Part shown: piece by piece, positions 9,672 through 19,740 of the stretch | Numbering within the stretch: the first letter of the stretch is position 1 | How the letters are laid out: each line of letters starts with the position of its first letter | Source of the DNA: Bacteroidia bacterium | GTDB taxonomy: Bacteria; Bacteroidota; Bacteroidia; Bacteroidales; BM523 | Reading direction: 5' to 3' | NCBI GenBank assembly: GCA_016209245.1 | Contig: JACQWN010000071.1 | Coordinates: forward strand, 1 to 34,206 | DNA: 34,206 nucleotides | The notes under the pieces: model-generated | What the model saw: the letters and a program-made list of their open reading frames with translations, nothing else | Database searches by the model: none | What the model was told of the DNA's origin: nothing | Translations under genes and position numbers: made by a program

Positions 9672-10091
9672 ATGGGAGAAATAAGAGCCAATATTTTGTT
9701 GAAAAACCAAGAGGACTTGTTCCTCTTAAGACAAAAGAAAATTAAGCAAAAAGACATTCGCAGTCTAACGATTAACGCATTGGTTGACACTGGAGCAGTT
9801 ATGACTTTGCTCCCTGAAGAAGTAATAGAAAAATTAGGGCTGTTCAATATTGACAAAAGAATAGTCGTATTGGCAGATGATACAAAACGAACTATGAATA
9901 TAGCCGGCTACTTTTCTCTTACTGTTTGCGAGCGAACTATGAGTAACGACTGCATTGTTGGTCCTCCGGGTTGCGAACCTCTGATTGGTCAGATTGTGTT
10001 GGAAACTCTGGACCTGATTTTAGATCCCTTGCACAAAACAATCTCGGTACGTCCCGAATCGCCATATCTACCAACATTAAAACTTAAATAA
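9672..10091 (+). CDS. Retropepsin-like (clan AA) aspartic protease, DTGA subtype
   Basis: 139 aa. Motifs INALVDTGAVMTLLPEEVIEKLGL and EPLIGQIVLETLDLILDP. Starts 2 nt after 9274..9669. Its TAA stop directly abuts the ATG of the giant gene (TAAATG). Confidence 0.75.
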   Translation: MGEIRANILLKNQEDLFLLRQKKIKQKDIRSLTINALVDTGAVMTLLPEEVIEKLGLFNIDKRIVVLADDTKRTMNIAGYFSLTVCERTMSNDCIVGPPGCEPLIGQIVLETLDLILDPLHKTISVRPESPYLPTLKLK

Positions 10092-13000
10092 ATGAATTTT
10101 AAACACACATATCAGCCAAAATTCAAAATAACCGCCCTGTTTGCGGCGCTTTTGTTGCTTGCAAATAGCTCTTTTGCTCTAACCTTTACTTCTATACAAA
10201 ACGGTAACTGGAATGATGGTGCTACATGGGGAAACGCCTCACCAGGAGTACAGGGAACAGATTGGCCTGCAAATACTGATGACGCTGTCATTGCTGCCGG
10301 TCATACCGTTACCCTGCCGCTAGGCATCGCATTCACTATTAACGCTCTTACTATTAACGCTACAGCCACTCTGAATGCAAACAACCTGGTATTTACCATT
10401 AATGGAAATCTGATTATTAACGGCACTTTAAATAACACTTCAGGGACTAATATAGACACCCGAATGTATGGTGCTTCTCTTGATGGCACAGGTCAAATAA
10501 CCGGAACAAATATGCGCTTTATCTTTTATGCAAATTGTGCAATACTAGCTACAGCAAACATTACTGTAACCAACATTAACCGTTTTCGGATAAGATTCGG
10601 CGCTAATGTGGTTACTAATAATGGAACTATCACCACTACCCCTAACCTCACTATTGTTAGAGATGGAGTAGGTGCAAACCCAACATGGACACAAGGCGCT
10701 AATTCTTATTTAGAAATTAATAATGTAATTAATACAGCTCAGGTGACATTTAACGCTTCTGCTGCAGGCAATACTGTAGTTTATAATGCAACCGGAAATA
10801 GAAATATCACCACCCCTTCAGCCAGCACTTATCACCACCTCACTATTTCAGGAAGTTCTACCAAAACCATGCTCGCATCTTTAATTATTAACGGCAATCT
10901 CACTATTAATGGTGGAACTCTTAACCCCGGTGCAAATGATATAAATATTACAATCAGGGGAAACTGGACCAATAGCGGAAGTTTTAATCCGACCACTGCC
11001 CGATGGCAACAGCGTGTAACCTTTGATGGCGGCAGCGACCAGTCAATTACCAATTCGTCCGGAGAATTATTTTACCGGTTAACTGTGTCAAAAGGAGGAG
11101 GAACACTCTTGTTGAATAATAATGTAAATATCAATGACGAGGGCAATACTAATGGCTTTGACCTTACCATGTCTGGCGGCAATATCAATACACAGGGTAA
11201 CACTATTACTTTGGGTAGTTCACTGGCATCCGGTGCAGGAACGCTTACCCGCACTGCAGGGCAAATTATTGGCAAAAGCGGGCGATGGGTAAATGCCACA
11301 GCGACTGATTTCACTTTCCCCGTAGGAACCGCTACTAATTATCGCCCCGCAGTGTTTAATGCCGCTGCAGGACTTACCAACGGATTCCTTATTATTGAAC
11401 ACATTAGCAGTACACCGGGCGCCTTATCGCCAAACCCGTTTACGGATGTTGTTGATCTTTATTACAATACTTATAACGATGGTTACTGGCAATTGAGCGT
11501 ACCTGGTGCCGATGCGGCTGTATGCACCGACTTCAATGTTAATTTAGACGGAAACGGTTTCACCGCTTTCCCAATAGAAAATGGTCCTATACATTTTACA
11601 CGTGTACTCAAACGCGTTTCTGGCGTCTGGCAGGCGGGCGCCTCCACTTGCATTAATGATGTTCCCGGCTGCCCTAATGGCGTAACAGGCAATGTGGTTT
11701 CGCGCAACCTGATTAGCGGAATTACAGGCGATTACGCTTTTATCAGCCGTTACAATTGTACACCGCCTTCTGCACCCACTATCAGCGGTACAGCAAGTGT
11801 TTGCACTAATCAACTTGATGTCGCATACTCCTGCACAGGCACCGCAAGCAGCACTTTTACATGGACAATTCCTACCGGTAATGGTACAATAGATGCACCA
11901 TCTTCCGGTGTTGGTGTTCAGAATATCACCGTTGACTGGGGTGCCACAGGAGGCAGTGCAACAGTACGCGTAGTGGAAAACAATGGCTGCTCCAATAGCG
12001 ACCCAGGCGACTTTGCGGTTACTATACATCCTGTTCCGACCTCTTCTATCACCGGCAGCAATAATGTTACTGAATATACCGATGGCGAGCCCTATTCGGT
12101 TACAAATACTGCCGGTTACACTTACACCTGGACCATCACAGGCGGCTCGGTTGCAAGCGGGCAGGGAACCAATGCCATTACCGTAAACTGGGGTGCATCT
12201 GGCGCCGGCAATGTGAATGTGGTTGCAACACCCACAGGCGGATGCCCTAATGATGCTCCTGTAAATTTACCGGTTACCATTGTTTCGGCTTATACTTCTA
12301 ACGGAACGGGAGGTGGCAACTGGGGAGATGCCGCATCATGGACCTGCCTCTGTGTGCCTTCCGCAACAAGCAGTATCAGAATTTTAAACGGGGATGTTAT
12401 AACCCGGACTCTTGCCACTCAAAATATTAGAAATGTAACTATAGATGTAGGAGGCATTTTGGATATAGGTGATCTCATCATGACTATTTCAGGAAATCTT
12501 GTCGCGGATGGTGAATTAAGAATGTCGGGAGCCACTGCCCGAACTCTGACTTTATCCGGTGTTGGTTCAACTTTGGGAGGTACCGGCTCTATAACGGCTA
12601 CCGCTGCTTGTGGAACTAAGAGTATAAGTATTTCAGAAGCAAAAACCATCCCTTCTTCTGCAAACCTGCTCATTACTAACGTAAGAATCTCTACCATCGG
12701 GGCAAATGTAACCGTTACTAACAACGGCACTGTGAGCATCAATTGCAATATTACTGGAAGCAGCGCAACTACATCAAAATGGGTCAATGCAGCGGGTTCG
12801 CGGCTGAATATCGGTAGCTCCTTGCTCTCTACCGGAGTGCTTGAAGCATCGGCCAGCGGCAACACCGTGAATTATAACCCAACGGCAGCACAAAATGTCA
12901 AAGTACCTGTAACCACCTACTATAACTTAGAAGTTACTTCAGGTGCGGCAACAGTTTCACTTATTGGCGCCACTACGGTGACTAACAGCTTGAACATTAT

Positions 13001-16000
13001 CACAGGACGTCTTTGGATTCAAGGAAATAGTATTACTGTAAATGACACTACTACGGTGAGTGGTACACTAGAAGATAATGATAATGCCGGAACAAATACC
13101 TTCACTTATATGGTGGTAAACCCTGGTGGCACGCTTACAACGCAAGGAGGTATCGCTGATCTTTATACGATAACCGCCAATCTGATTATGTATGGAGGCA
13201 CAATCACTTCTACCGCAGGCACAATACCTACTTACAATATAGGAGGTACATTTACAGTGCCAAGCGGCACGGCAACCATTGGAGCTGGAGAAGTTGTATT
13301 CACTATCAGTGGTGCAACAACTATTAGCGGAACGCTCAATATTTCCAGTGAATTAGGAACAAAGACATTCAATGATTTTACGATTAACACAGGAGGAACT
13401 TTCAACAGCAGCGTGGCTTCTGCTTTTGTAATAACCGGCAGTTTACAGAATGACGGCACATTCACATCGGACGCTGCCACCTATAACCTTAGCGGTGCGG
13501 GACCTCCTGTTGCAACAAAAACCATTAGCGGAACCAGCGGTTTCACTTTCGGCACAGGCATCGTTACAGTTAGCGGTACATATAATAACAATACAACGCT
13601 CACGGTTCCAAATCTTACCGTTACCGGCTCGCTTACCAATAATAGCACCTGCAATGTTACCACTACTTTTGATGGAGCAGGAACTTATACCAATGCTGCC
13701 GGCTCTACGCTGAATGTAAGCGTACCCGACCCTCCGGCCATAGCTGTTACGACTTTTGACCCGTCGGCAAATTGCAATTTGGTGAACTACAACGGCTCTG
13801 CTGCACAGACCATACGCGGTGCAACATACTGCAACCTGCAGGTAGCCACAACCGGTGGAGCAACGGCTACATTTAGCAATACTGTTCTCACTATCGTGAA
13901 CAACAATTTTACTGTTGTCAGCGGTGGAATAGCGGCTCATATAGGTGTTGTTAACTTAACGGTAAGCGGTTCTACGAGCATCACCGGCACGCTCAACTTT
14001 ACTACTGCTACCACAGGCACAAAATCTTTTAACAATGTAACTGTAAACGCAGGCGGTGTATGGAGCAATACGATTAATTCACCTGTCACCATCACCGGAA
14101 ATATTCAGCATGATGGAACAACATTTACATCGGGTACAGGGCTATATACCTTATCAGGAGCGACAAAGACCATTAGCGGTTCATCCTCTTTGAGCATCAG
14201 CGATGTTACTATTTCTGGATCCTATACAAACAATTACACTGTTGCATCCGGATGCACTTTGAGCACCGCGGGCTACTCTCTGGCCGGTGCGGGCAGTTTA
14301 ACACAAGCAACCAATGGGATCCTCTATATTGGTGGAAATGCTTCTATTACCACTCTTACAGCAACGGTCAATCCCAATACTGTTTACTATGTTCTGGCAC
14401 AGGCGGCACAAGATGTAAAGGCGACTATTTATCATCATCTGGAAATAAGCAAATCGGCAGGAACCGCTAACCTTACCGGAGCCACACAGGTCAATGGGAA
14501 CATTACCATTTCGGCAGGTACATTGAGCGCCAACGGAGCAAATAATATAACGCTTTATGGAAACTGGATAAATTCTGATATATTCACCGGCAGCACCGGA
14601 ACTGTAGTATTTACGGGAACTGCTGCACAAACCATTACCGGTGCAACCACTTTCAATAATTTCACATTAGACAAAGGAGCAGTATCCCAAACAGTAACTT
14701 TAAACAACAATACCACAATAGGCGGGATCCTGACTTTTACTCTCGGTAAAATTGTTACGGGTGGTAATTATGCTATTATTTCAGCAGGCGGAAGTGTTTC
14801 AGGGGCTTCAGCAACAACCGGCTGGGTGCAGGGATATTTACAGAAAAATGTTGCACTTGGCAGTCCTGTTACCCCCGATTTTGAAGTAGGAGGGAATTCT
14901 GTTTATGCTCCGGTAAACATGACATTTGCTAGTGTAACAGCGGCAGGCAATTTTATAGTAAAAACCACAGATGGCGACCATCCCGAGATTGCTTCGTCCA
15001 ACATCATTCCCACAGAAAGTTTGAACCGCTACTGGACCCTTATCAACTCAAGTGTTACATTCACCACATTTAACGCTACTTATAATTTCGTCCCCGGCGA
15101 CCTTGATGCCGGTGTTGACCCGACAGTTGCCGATTTCAACGGTAAAAGATTTGACAGCTTTAGCTGGAGCAGTATTAATGTAACTACAAGAAACGCTACA
15201 AACACAGTGGTTACAGGCGAACCTTTGGCCGCATACACGACTGGCCAATACCGCGAAACAGCACTTGGAATCAGCATCATTACCAGTGACATTTATACCA
15301 GAAGGACAAGCGCTGATTGCGGAGGTAACTGCTTGTGGAACGATAAAGCCACCTGGATACAATACCGCACAGGAAGTATAACTTATTCAAGCAGCAGTAC
15401 CACTGTTACCGGAACAGGTACAAAATTTACATCTGAGCTTGCTGTCAATGATGTTTTAATGTGTCAGACAACTCCAGGAACAATAATAGGAACTGTGTTT
15501 TCTATTACTGATAACAGCATATTAACTCTTTATGCTAATGCTACAGGAGACGGCAGTTGCGACTACGGCAGGCAAGCGGTTCCCAGTACAAACGACCAGA
15601 TTGTTTATATCGGCAATCCTAATGTTCTAGGTGGAGGAGTAGATGTTACCTTTAATCCGGCATCGGCAATTATCAATCAATTGGTGTTTTACAGATACAC
15701 CACACTCGATCTCATTTCAAATTCGCTTACTCATAATGCCGGAACAACACTTACCATTCAAATTTCAGCAACAGTGAATCAGCCCAATGCCGACGGTCAG
15801 ACCCATTCATGGAACATTAATAACGGGGGTAAAGTCAAAATCAATAGTAGTTTAACCATAGGCAGTAATGATGCTACTGCAACCCGTGTGGCGCGGGTGG
15901 TCAGCAACTACGGGGATTCTTTGAATATAGGCACGGGTCTGAAATTCCGTTGTGACGCTGGTTCTAACGCCATGGCAGTGCTTGATATGAGCGGTGGAAA

Positions 16001-19000
16001 CGGAGTGGTGAGCGTGGCTGGCGCAGTTACACTTGATAATGGAACAGGCACTATCAATGGCGGTGCTGCCGGCAGTATTACCGGAAATGGAACGAAAACA
16101 TTTGAAGTGGTCAGTGGCGCAACTTTCAGAATGAACGGAACTACCGTTTTCCCCACAGGCTTTGGCACTTATACATTTGGAAGCACCAGCACCACGCAAT
16201 ATTACCAAACCGATGCACAGAACATTTCGGCGCAGACTTATGGTCACCTGTATGTTGAGCCAACTACCAACGGCATTATCCATACATTTCTCGCAGTTAC
16301 CACAACTGTACAAGGAAATCTGCAGATAGGAAATGGCACAAATACCGCTGTCGTTGTGAACGGAAGCGGGGTCGGTACAACTGTTGATGTTAATGGCGAT
16401 ATTTCTATCAGAGCGAATACCACATTTAGCAATTCACTCATTCCTTCTATTTTTGCAGGAGGAAACTGGACGCAAAACGGAACTTTTACTGCAGCCACCG
16501 GCGATCTTGTAACTTTTGATGGTGCTACTAACTCTCAGGTTATCTCTGCAAGCACAGTTACGTTTCCGAATGTAACGGTATCCAAAGGAAGCGGAAACAC
16601 CTTGTCCACCAGCGGTGGGCTTACAACTGTAACCACCAACAACCTGACAGTTTCGGGCGGTACCTTTACTGCTCCGGCTACATTGAACATCAACTCTACA
16701 GCAACATCTGCATTAACGCTGAACAATGGTGGTACGTTCACTGCCGGAACTACTATCAACATCAATGGCAACTGGAATAAAAATATCGGTTCTATATTCA
16801 ACGAAGGAACAGGAACAGTAAATTTTACCAGCGCTACAACTCCTCAAACAATACAAGGAACTGCTGCTGCAGACACTTTCTATAATGTTACTGTTTCAAA
16901 ATCAGCAGCAGGAAATACAGTGAATACGGGCGGAGGCATTGTCACGGTAACCACCAATAATCTCACTATTACAACGGGAACTCTTACCGCTCCGCTTACA
17001 TTAAATATAAATGGGAATATGACACTCGCTTCGGGACAGACGCTAACTGCCGGCACAACGATTAACTCAAAAGGCAACTGGACCAACAATGGCGGTACAT
17101 TCACTCCAGGCGCCAATACGGTTGTCTTTAACGGAAGCGCAGCACAGCAAATAAACGGAACGGCAGCCACACAGACATTTTACAATTTTACAGTTACAAA
17201 AACAGGAAGCACTACGCTGGATGTTGGAGGAAGCACCACTACATTCAATGCAACCAATGTAACTCTCAACAGCAATACGTTTGCTGCGGGAACAGCAGCT
17301 ACAATAAATGTTTCAAGCGACTGGACCAATAATGGCGGAACATTTACACCCGGCACAGGAACCGTATTTTTCACCGGCACCGGAGCACAGCAAATCACCG
17401 GCACTGCCGCTTCTGAAACTTTCTATAATGTAACTTTATCCAAGACAGCAGCAACACTTTTGAATACAGGCGGAAGCATTGCTACGGTTACTGTAAATAA
17501 CCTAACCCAAACCACAGGTAATTTCACTGCACCTGCAACGCTTGACATCAATGGTAATTATTCGCTAGCAGCAAGTCAGACATTTACTGCAGGTGCAAAT
17601 ATTTACGTAGGTGGCAACTGGACATGGACCAACACAGGCATATTTACACCAGGTACTGGCACCGTAACTTTTGACGGCAGTGGAGCGCAGCAAATCAACG
17701 GTACACAGGTTACTCAAACATTCTACAATTTTACAGTTGCAAAGACAGCAGGCACTGCATTAACTGTCGGGGGAAGCACAACTACGCTCAATTCGCAGAC
17801 TTACACCAATACTTCCGGCAACTATACCGCACCGGCTACTTTCATTGTTACCGCTAATGTATTGTTAACAGCTGGCACCTTTACTGCGGGCGCAGCCACC
17901 AATGTTGGCGGCAACTGGACAAATGACGGAGGCACTTTCACCCCAGGAACCAACACTGTAACATTTAATGGAACAGTATCGCAGTTAATTGGCGGCACTG
18001 CCGCTTCGCAGACATTTTATAATGTTTCCAAAAGCGACGTCTCAGTTATGCAAACCACAGGCGCCAGTCTGGCAACACTGACCTTTAATGCATATACCCA
18101 GAGCAATGGCGACTTCAATGCTTCAACACTTACCACATTCAATATAAATAACACTATCAATCACACAGCAGGGACATTTACAGCTCCGGGAGGCACAATT
18201 GTGAAAGGTACGGGCAACTGGACCAACAGCGGAACATTTGTACACAACAGCGGAACTGTGCAGTTCAACAGCTCTCTCACACTTGGAGGAACTTCAACAT
18301 ATAGTTTTAATAATGTAACTATTTCGGGCGGAGTACTCACAGCTCCAGCAGCGAATATGAATGTGGCGGGCAACTGGACTAACAACTCATCCTTCACGCA
18401 CAACAGCGGAACAGTAACGCTTAATGGCAATAATGTTCAGCAAACAATTGGAGGAACAATATCCACTACATTCAACAATCTCACGGTAAATAATTCATAT
18501 CCGGGTTATGCTGTTACCTTTTCTGCGCCTGAAACCGTAAGCGGTATTCTCACGCTTACCGATGGGCATATAACAACCACTGCAACCAATATTTTAACGC
18601 TTGATGCTTCTGCATCAGTAACATTAGGCGGAGCGCCGCAGGACAGCAGCTTTATCAAAGGTCCAATGAATCATACTGTAAATATCGCCACGTCTGTTAC
18701 AAAAATATATCCTGTCGGAAAAGGTAATTCGTACCGCAGAATGGAGCTGACCATTGACCAGAATGTAGTAACATCAACCACTTATACAGCAGAGTTGTTT
18801 AATCAGAATGCTACGACAGGAGGTTGTTCTACTCTTCCCGGCACGATAGATAAAGTTTCGCAAACACGATATTATAATATATCACAATCGCCGGCAACAG
18901 GGCTTGATGCGGCATCAATAAGAATGTATTTCGGATGTTCGGGTAAAAATGATGGTGTAACCGACCTTGCAAATTTAGCAGTAGCAAAAACCAATTGCCC

Positions 19001-19700
19001 TGATGTCTGGACTGATTTAAGCGGCATAACAGGTGGTACAGCTGCCTGTGGCGGTTCTTACTTTGAAGGTTATATTGATGCTTCATTTACTTCGTTCAGC
19101 AGGTTTGCACTTGCTAATAAAACAGGAGGCACTAATCCACTGCCCGTCGAACTACTTTCTTTTACCGCTGAATTGGACCACGGCCATGTTCAACTTGAAT
19201 GGACAACCGCCTCGGAAAAAAACAACGACTATTTTATAGTCCAAAAAACCCTCGATGGAGCATCTTTTGAAGAAGTAGCAAGAATTCCTGGCGGAGATAA
19301 TAGCAACAATGTTTTACACTATTCGGCAACAGATAATGAACCTTACTTCGGGGTTTCATATTATCAGCTTGTTCAGGTTGATTTTAACGGAAAAACTTAT
19401 TATTCCAACCTGGTTGCTATAGATAATTCAAATCCCGATTATTCGCTTGTTATCTATCCTAATCCTGCTAATAGCCAGTTTATTTATATCAACATCAAAG
19501 GTATCAGAAATCCGGGAAAAGCCGATGTTACATTCTACGATCTTTATGGCAGAAGCGTTTTATCAGATTCATTCGCTCTTTTCAGTCCGGAAACTACCGA
19601 ATTTATCGAAATTGATTTACGTGCAGGTATTTATTATACGAAGGTTACTATCGGGGAGCATGAATTTTTGACGGTAAAGTTGGTTGTTAAAGACTTCTGA
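10092..19700 (+). CDS. Giant (3202-aa) beta-helix/Ig-repeat adhesin-like T9SS cargo protein
   Basis: Single uninterrupted ORF with signal peptide ...ITALFAALLLLANSSFA and cap motif FTSIQNGNWNDGATWGN. Two PKD/Ig-like modules (CTPPSAPTISGTASVC...; ...WTITGGSVASGQGTNAITVNWG). Long tandem repeats. Pre-CTD domain NPLPVELLSFTAELDHGHVQLEWTT. CTD LVIYPNPANSQFIYINI...GIYYTKVTIG. Confidence 0.9.
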   Translation: MNFKHTYQPKFKITALFAALLLLANSSFALTFTSIQNGNWNDGATWGNASPGVQGTDWPANTDDAVIAAGHTVTLPLGIAFTINALTINATATLNANNLVFTINGNLIINGTLNNTSGTNIDTRMYGASLDGTGQITGTNMRFIFYANCAILATANITVTNINRFRIRFGANVVTNNGTITTTPNLTIVRDGVGANPTWTQGANSYLEINNVINTAQVTFNASAAGNTVVYNATGNRNITTPSASTYHHLTISGSSTKTMLASLIINGNLTINGGTLNPGANDINITIRGNWTNSGSFNPTTARWQQRVTFDGGSDQSITNSSGELFYRLTVSKGGGTLLLNNNVNINDEGNTNGFDLTMSGGNINTQGNTITLGSSLASGAGTLTRTAGQIIGKSGRWVNATATDFTFPVGTATNYRPAVFNAAAGLTNGFLIIEHISSTPGALSPNPFTDVVDLYYNTYNDGYWQLSVPGADAAVCTDFNVNLDGNGFTAFPIENGPIHFTRVLKRVSGVWQAGASTCINDVPGCPNGVTGNVVSRNLISGITGDYAFISRYNCTPPSAPTISGTASVCTNQLDVAYSCTGTASSTFTWTIPTGNGTIDAPSSGVGVQNITVDWGATGGSATVRVVENNGCSNSDPGDFAVTIHPVPTSSITGSNNVTEYTDGEPYSVTNTAGYTYTWTITGGSVASGQGTNAITVNWGASGAGNVNVVATPTGGCPNDAPVNLPVTIVSAYTSNGTGGGNWGDAASWTCLCVPSATSSIRILNGDVITRTLATQNIRNVTIDVGGILDIGDLIMTISGNLVADGELRMSGATARTLTLSGVGSTLGGTGSITATAACGTKSISISEAKTIPSSANLLITNVRISTIGANVTVTNNGTVSINCNITGSSATTSKWVNAAGSRLNIGSSLLSTGVLEASASGNTVNYNPTAAQNVKVPVTTYYNLEVTSGAATVSLIGATTVTNSLNIITGRLWIQGNSITVNDTTTVSGTLEDNDNAGTNTFTYMVVNPGGTLTTQGGIADLYTITANLIMYGGTITSTAGTIPTYNIGGTFTVPSGTATIGAGEVVFTISGATTISGTLNISSELGTKTFNDFTINTGGTFNSSVASAFVITGSLQNDGTFTSDAATYNLSGAGPPVATKTISGTSGFTFGTGIVTVSGTYNNNTTLTVPNLTVTGSLTNNSTCNVTTTFDGAGTYTNAAGSTLNVSVPDPPAIAVTTFDPSANCNLVNYNGSAAQTIRGATYCNLQVATTGGATATFSNTVLTIVNNNFTVVSGGIAAHIGVVNLTVSGSTSITGTLNFTTATTGTKSFNNVTVNAGGVWSNTINSPVTITGNIQHDGTTFTSGTGLYTLSGATKTISGSSSLSISDVTISGSYTNNYTVASGCTLSTAGYSLAGAGSLTQATNGILYIGGNASITTLTATVNPNTVYYVLAQAAQDVKATIYHHLEISKSAGTANLTGATQVNGNITISAGTLSANGANNITLYGNWINSDIFTGSTGTVVFTGTAAQTITGATTFNNFTLDKGAVSQTVTLNNNTTIGGILTFTLGKIVTGGNYAIISAGGSVSGASATTGWVQGYLQKNVALGSPVTPDFEVGGNSVYAPVNMTFASVTAAGNFIVKTTDGDHPEIASSNIIPTESLNRYWTLINSSVTFTTFNATYNFVPGDLDAGVDPTVADFNGKRFDSFSWSSINVTTRNATNTVVTGEPLAAYTTGQYRETALGISIITSDIYTRRTSADCGGNCLWNDKATWIQYRTGSITYSSSSTTVTGTGTKFTSELAVNDVLMCQTTPGTIIGTVFSITDNSILTLYANATGDGSCDYGRQAVPSTNDQIVYIGNPNVLGGGVDVTFNPASAIINQLVFYRYTTLDLISNSLTHNAGTTLTIQISATVNQPNADGQTHSWNINNGGKVKINSSLTIGSNDATATRVARVVSNYGDSLNIGTGLKFRCDAGSNAMAVLDMSGGNGVVSVAGAVTLDNGTGTINGGAAGSITGNGTKTFEVVSGATFRMNGTTVFPTGFGTYTFGSTSTTQYYQTDAQNISAQTYGHLYVEPTTNGIIHTFLAVTTTVQGNLQIGNGTNTAVVVNGSGVGTTVDVNGDISIRANTTFSNSLIPSIFAGGNWTQNGTFTAATGDLVTFDGATNSQVISASTVTFPNVTVSKGSGNTLSTSGGLTTVTTNNLTVSGGTFTAPATLNINSTATSALTLNNGGTFTAGTTININGNWNKNIGSIFNEGTGTVNFTSATTPQTIQGTAAADTFYNVTVSKSAAGNTVNTGGGIVTVTTNNLTITTGTLTAPLTLNINGNMTLASGQTLTAGTTINSKGNWTNNGGTFTPGANTVVFNGSAAQQINGTAATQTFYNFTVTKTGSTTLDVGGSTTTFNATNVTLNSNTFAAGTAATINVSSDWTNNGGTFTPGTGTVFFTGTGAQQITGTAASETFYNVTLSKTAATLLNTGGSIATVTVNNLTQTTGNFTAPATLDINGNYSLAASQTFTAGANIYVGGNWTWTNTGIFTPGTGTVTFDGSGAQQINGTQVTQTFYNFTVAKTAGTALTVGGSTTTLNSQTYTNTSGNYTAPATFIVTANVLLTAGTFTAGAATNVGGNWTNDGGTFTPGTNTVTFNGTVSQLIGGTAASQTFYNVSKSDVSVMQTTGASLATLTFNAYTQSNGDFNASTLTTFNINNTINHTAGTFTAPGGTIVKGTGNWTNSGTFVHNSGTVQFNSSLTLGGTSTYSFNNVTISGGVLTAPAANMNVAGNWTNNSSFTHNSGTVTLNGNNVQQTIGGTISTTFNNLTVNNSYPGYAVTFSAPETVSGILTLTDGHITTTATNILTLDASASVTLGGAPQDSSFIKGPMNHTVNIATSVTKIYPVGKGNSYRRMELTIDQNVVTSTTYTAELFNQNATTGGCSTLPGTIDKVSQTRYYNISQSPATGLDAASIRMYFGCSGKNDGVTDLANLAVAKTNCPDVWTDLSGITGGTAACGGSYFEGYIDASFTSFSRFALANKTGGTNPLPVELLSFTAELDHGHVQLEWTTASEKNNDYFIVQKTLDGASFEEVARIPGGDNSNNVLHYSATDNEPYFGVSYYQLVQVDFNGKTYYSNLVAIDNSNPDYSLVIYPNPANSQFIYINIKGIRNPGKADVTFYDLYGRSVLSDSFALFSPETTEFIEIDLRAGIYYTKVTIGEHEFLTVKLVVKDF
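16460..18490 (+). repeat. About 8-9 tandem ~85-95-aa coding repeats inside the giant gene
   Basis: Recurring unit GGNWTNNGGTFTPGTGTV.F.G..AQQI.GT.A..TFYN.TV.KT....L..GGS..T......L.....FTAP.TL.I.GN. Boundaries approximate. Confidence 0.7.
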
Positions 19701-19740
19701 TCAACTCCAACCCCGCATGTGCGGGGCTATAACAGAGAGT
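19701..19740 (+). repeat. Copy of a short repeated intergenic element (CAACYCCAACCCCGCA..GGGGCTATAACAG) with a terminator-like hairpin
   Basis: Immediately after the giant-gene stop. CCCCGCA/TGCGGGG palindrome at 19711..19726. Conserved blocks recur in inverted orientation at 31521..31561. Confidence 0.6.

Noticed and set aside
10301-19671. Many 60-165-aa ORFs on the minus strand or in alternative plus-strand frames within the giant gene (for example 11544..12029, 13443..13940, 15852..16313)
   Set aside because: They lie wholly inside one uninterrupted 9.6-kb ORF with clear domain logic. Their low-complexity translations are by-products of the repetitive G/T/A/N-rich codon content, and none has start-context or motif support.
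10092-19700. Visibly higher GC in the adhesin genes as evidence of horizontal transfer
   Set aside because: The shift tracks the Gly/Thr/Ala-rich repeat composition of the proteins. It also appears in the other cargo gene (4557..6950), so it is not independent evidence of foreign origin.
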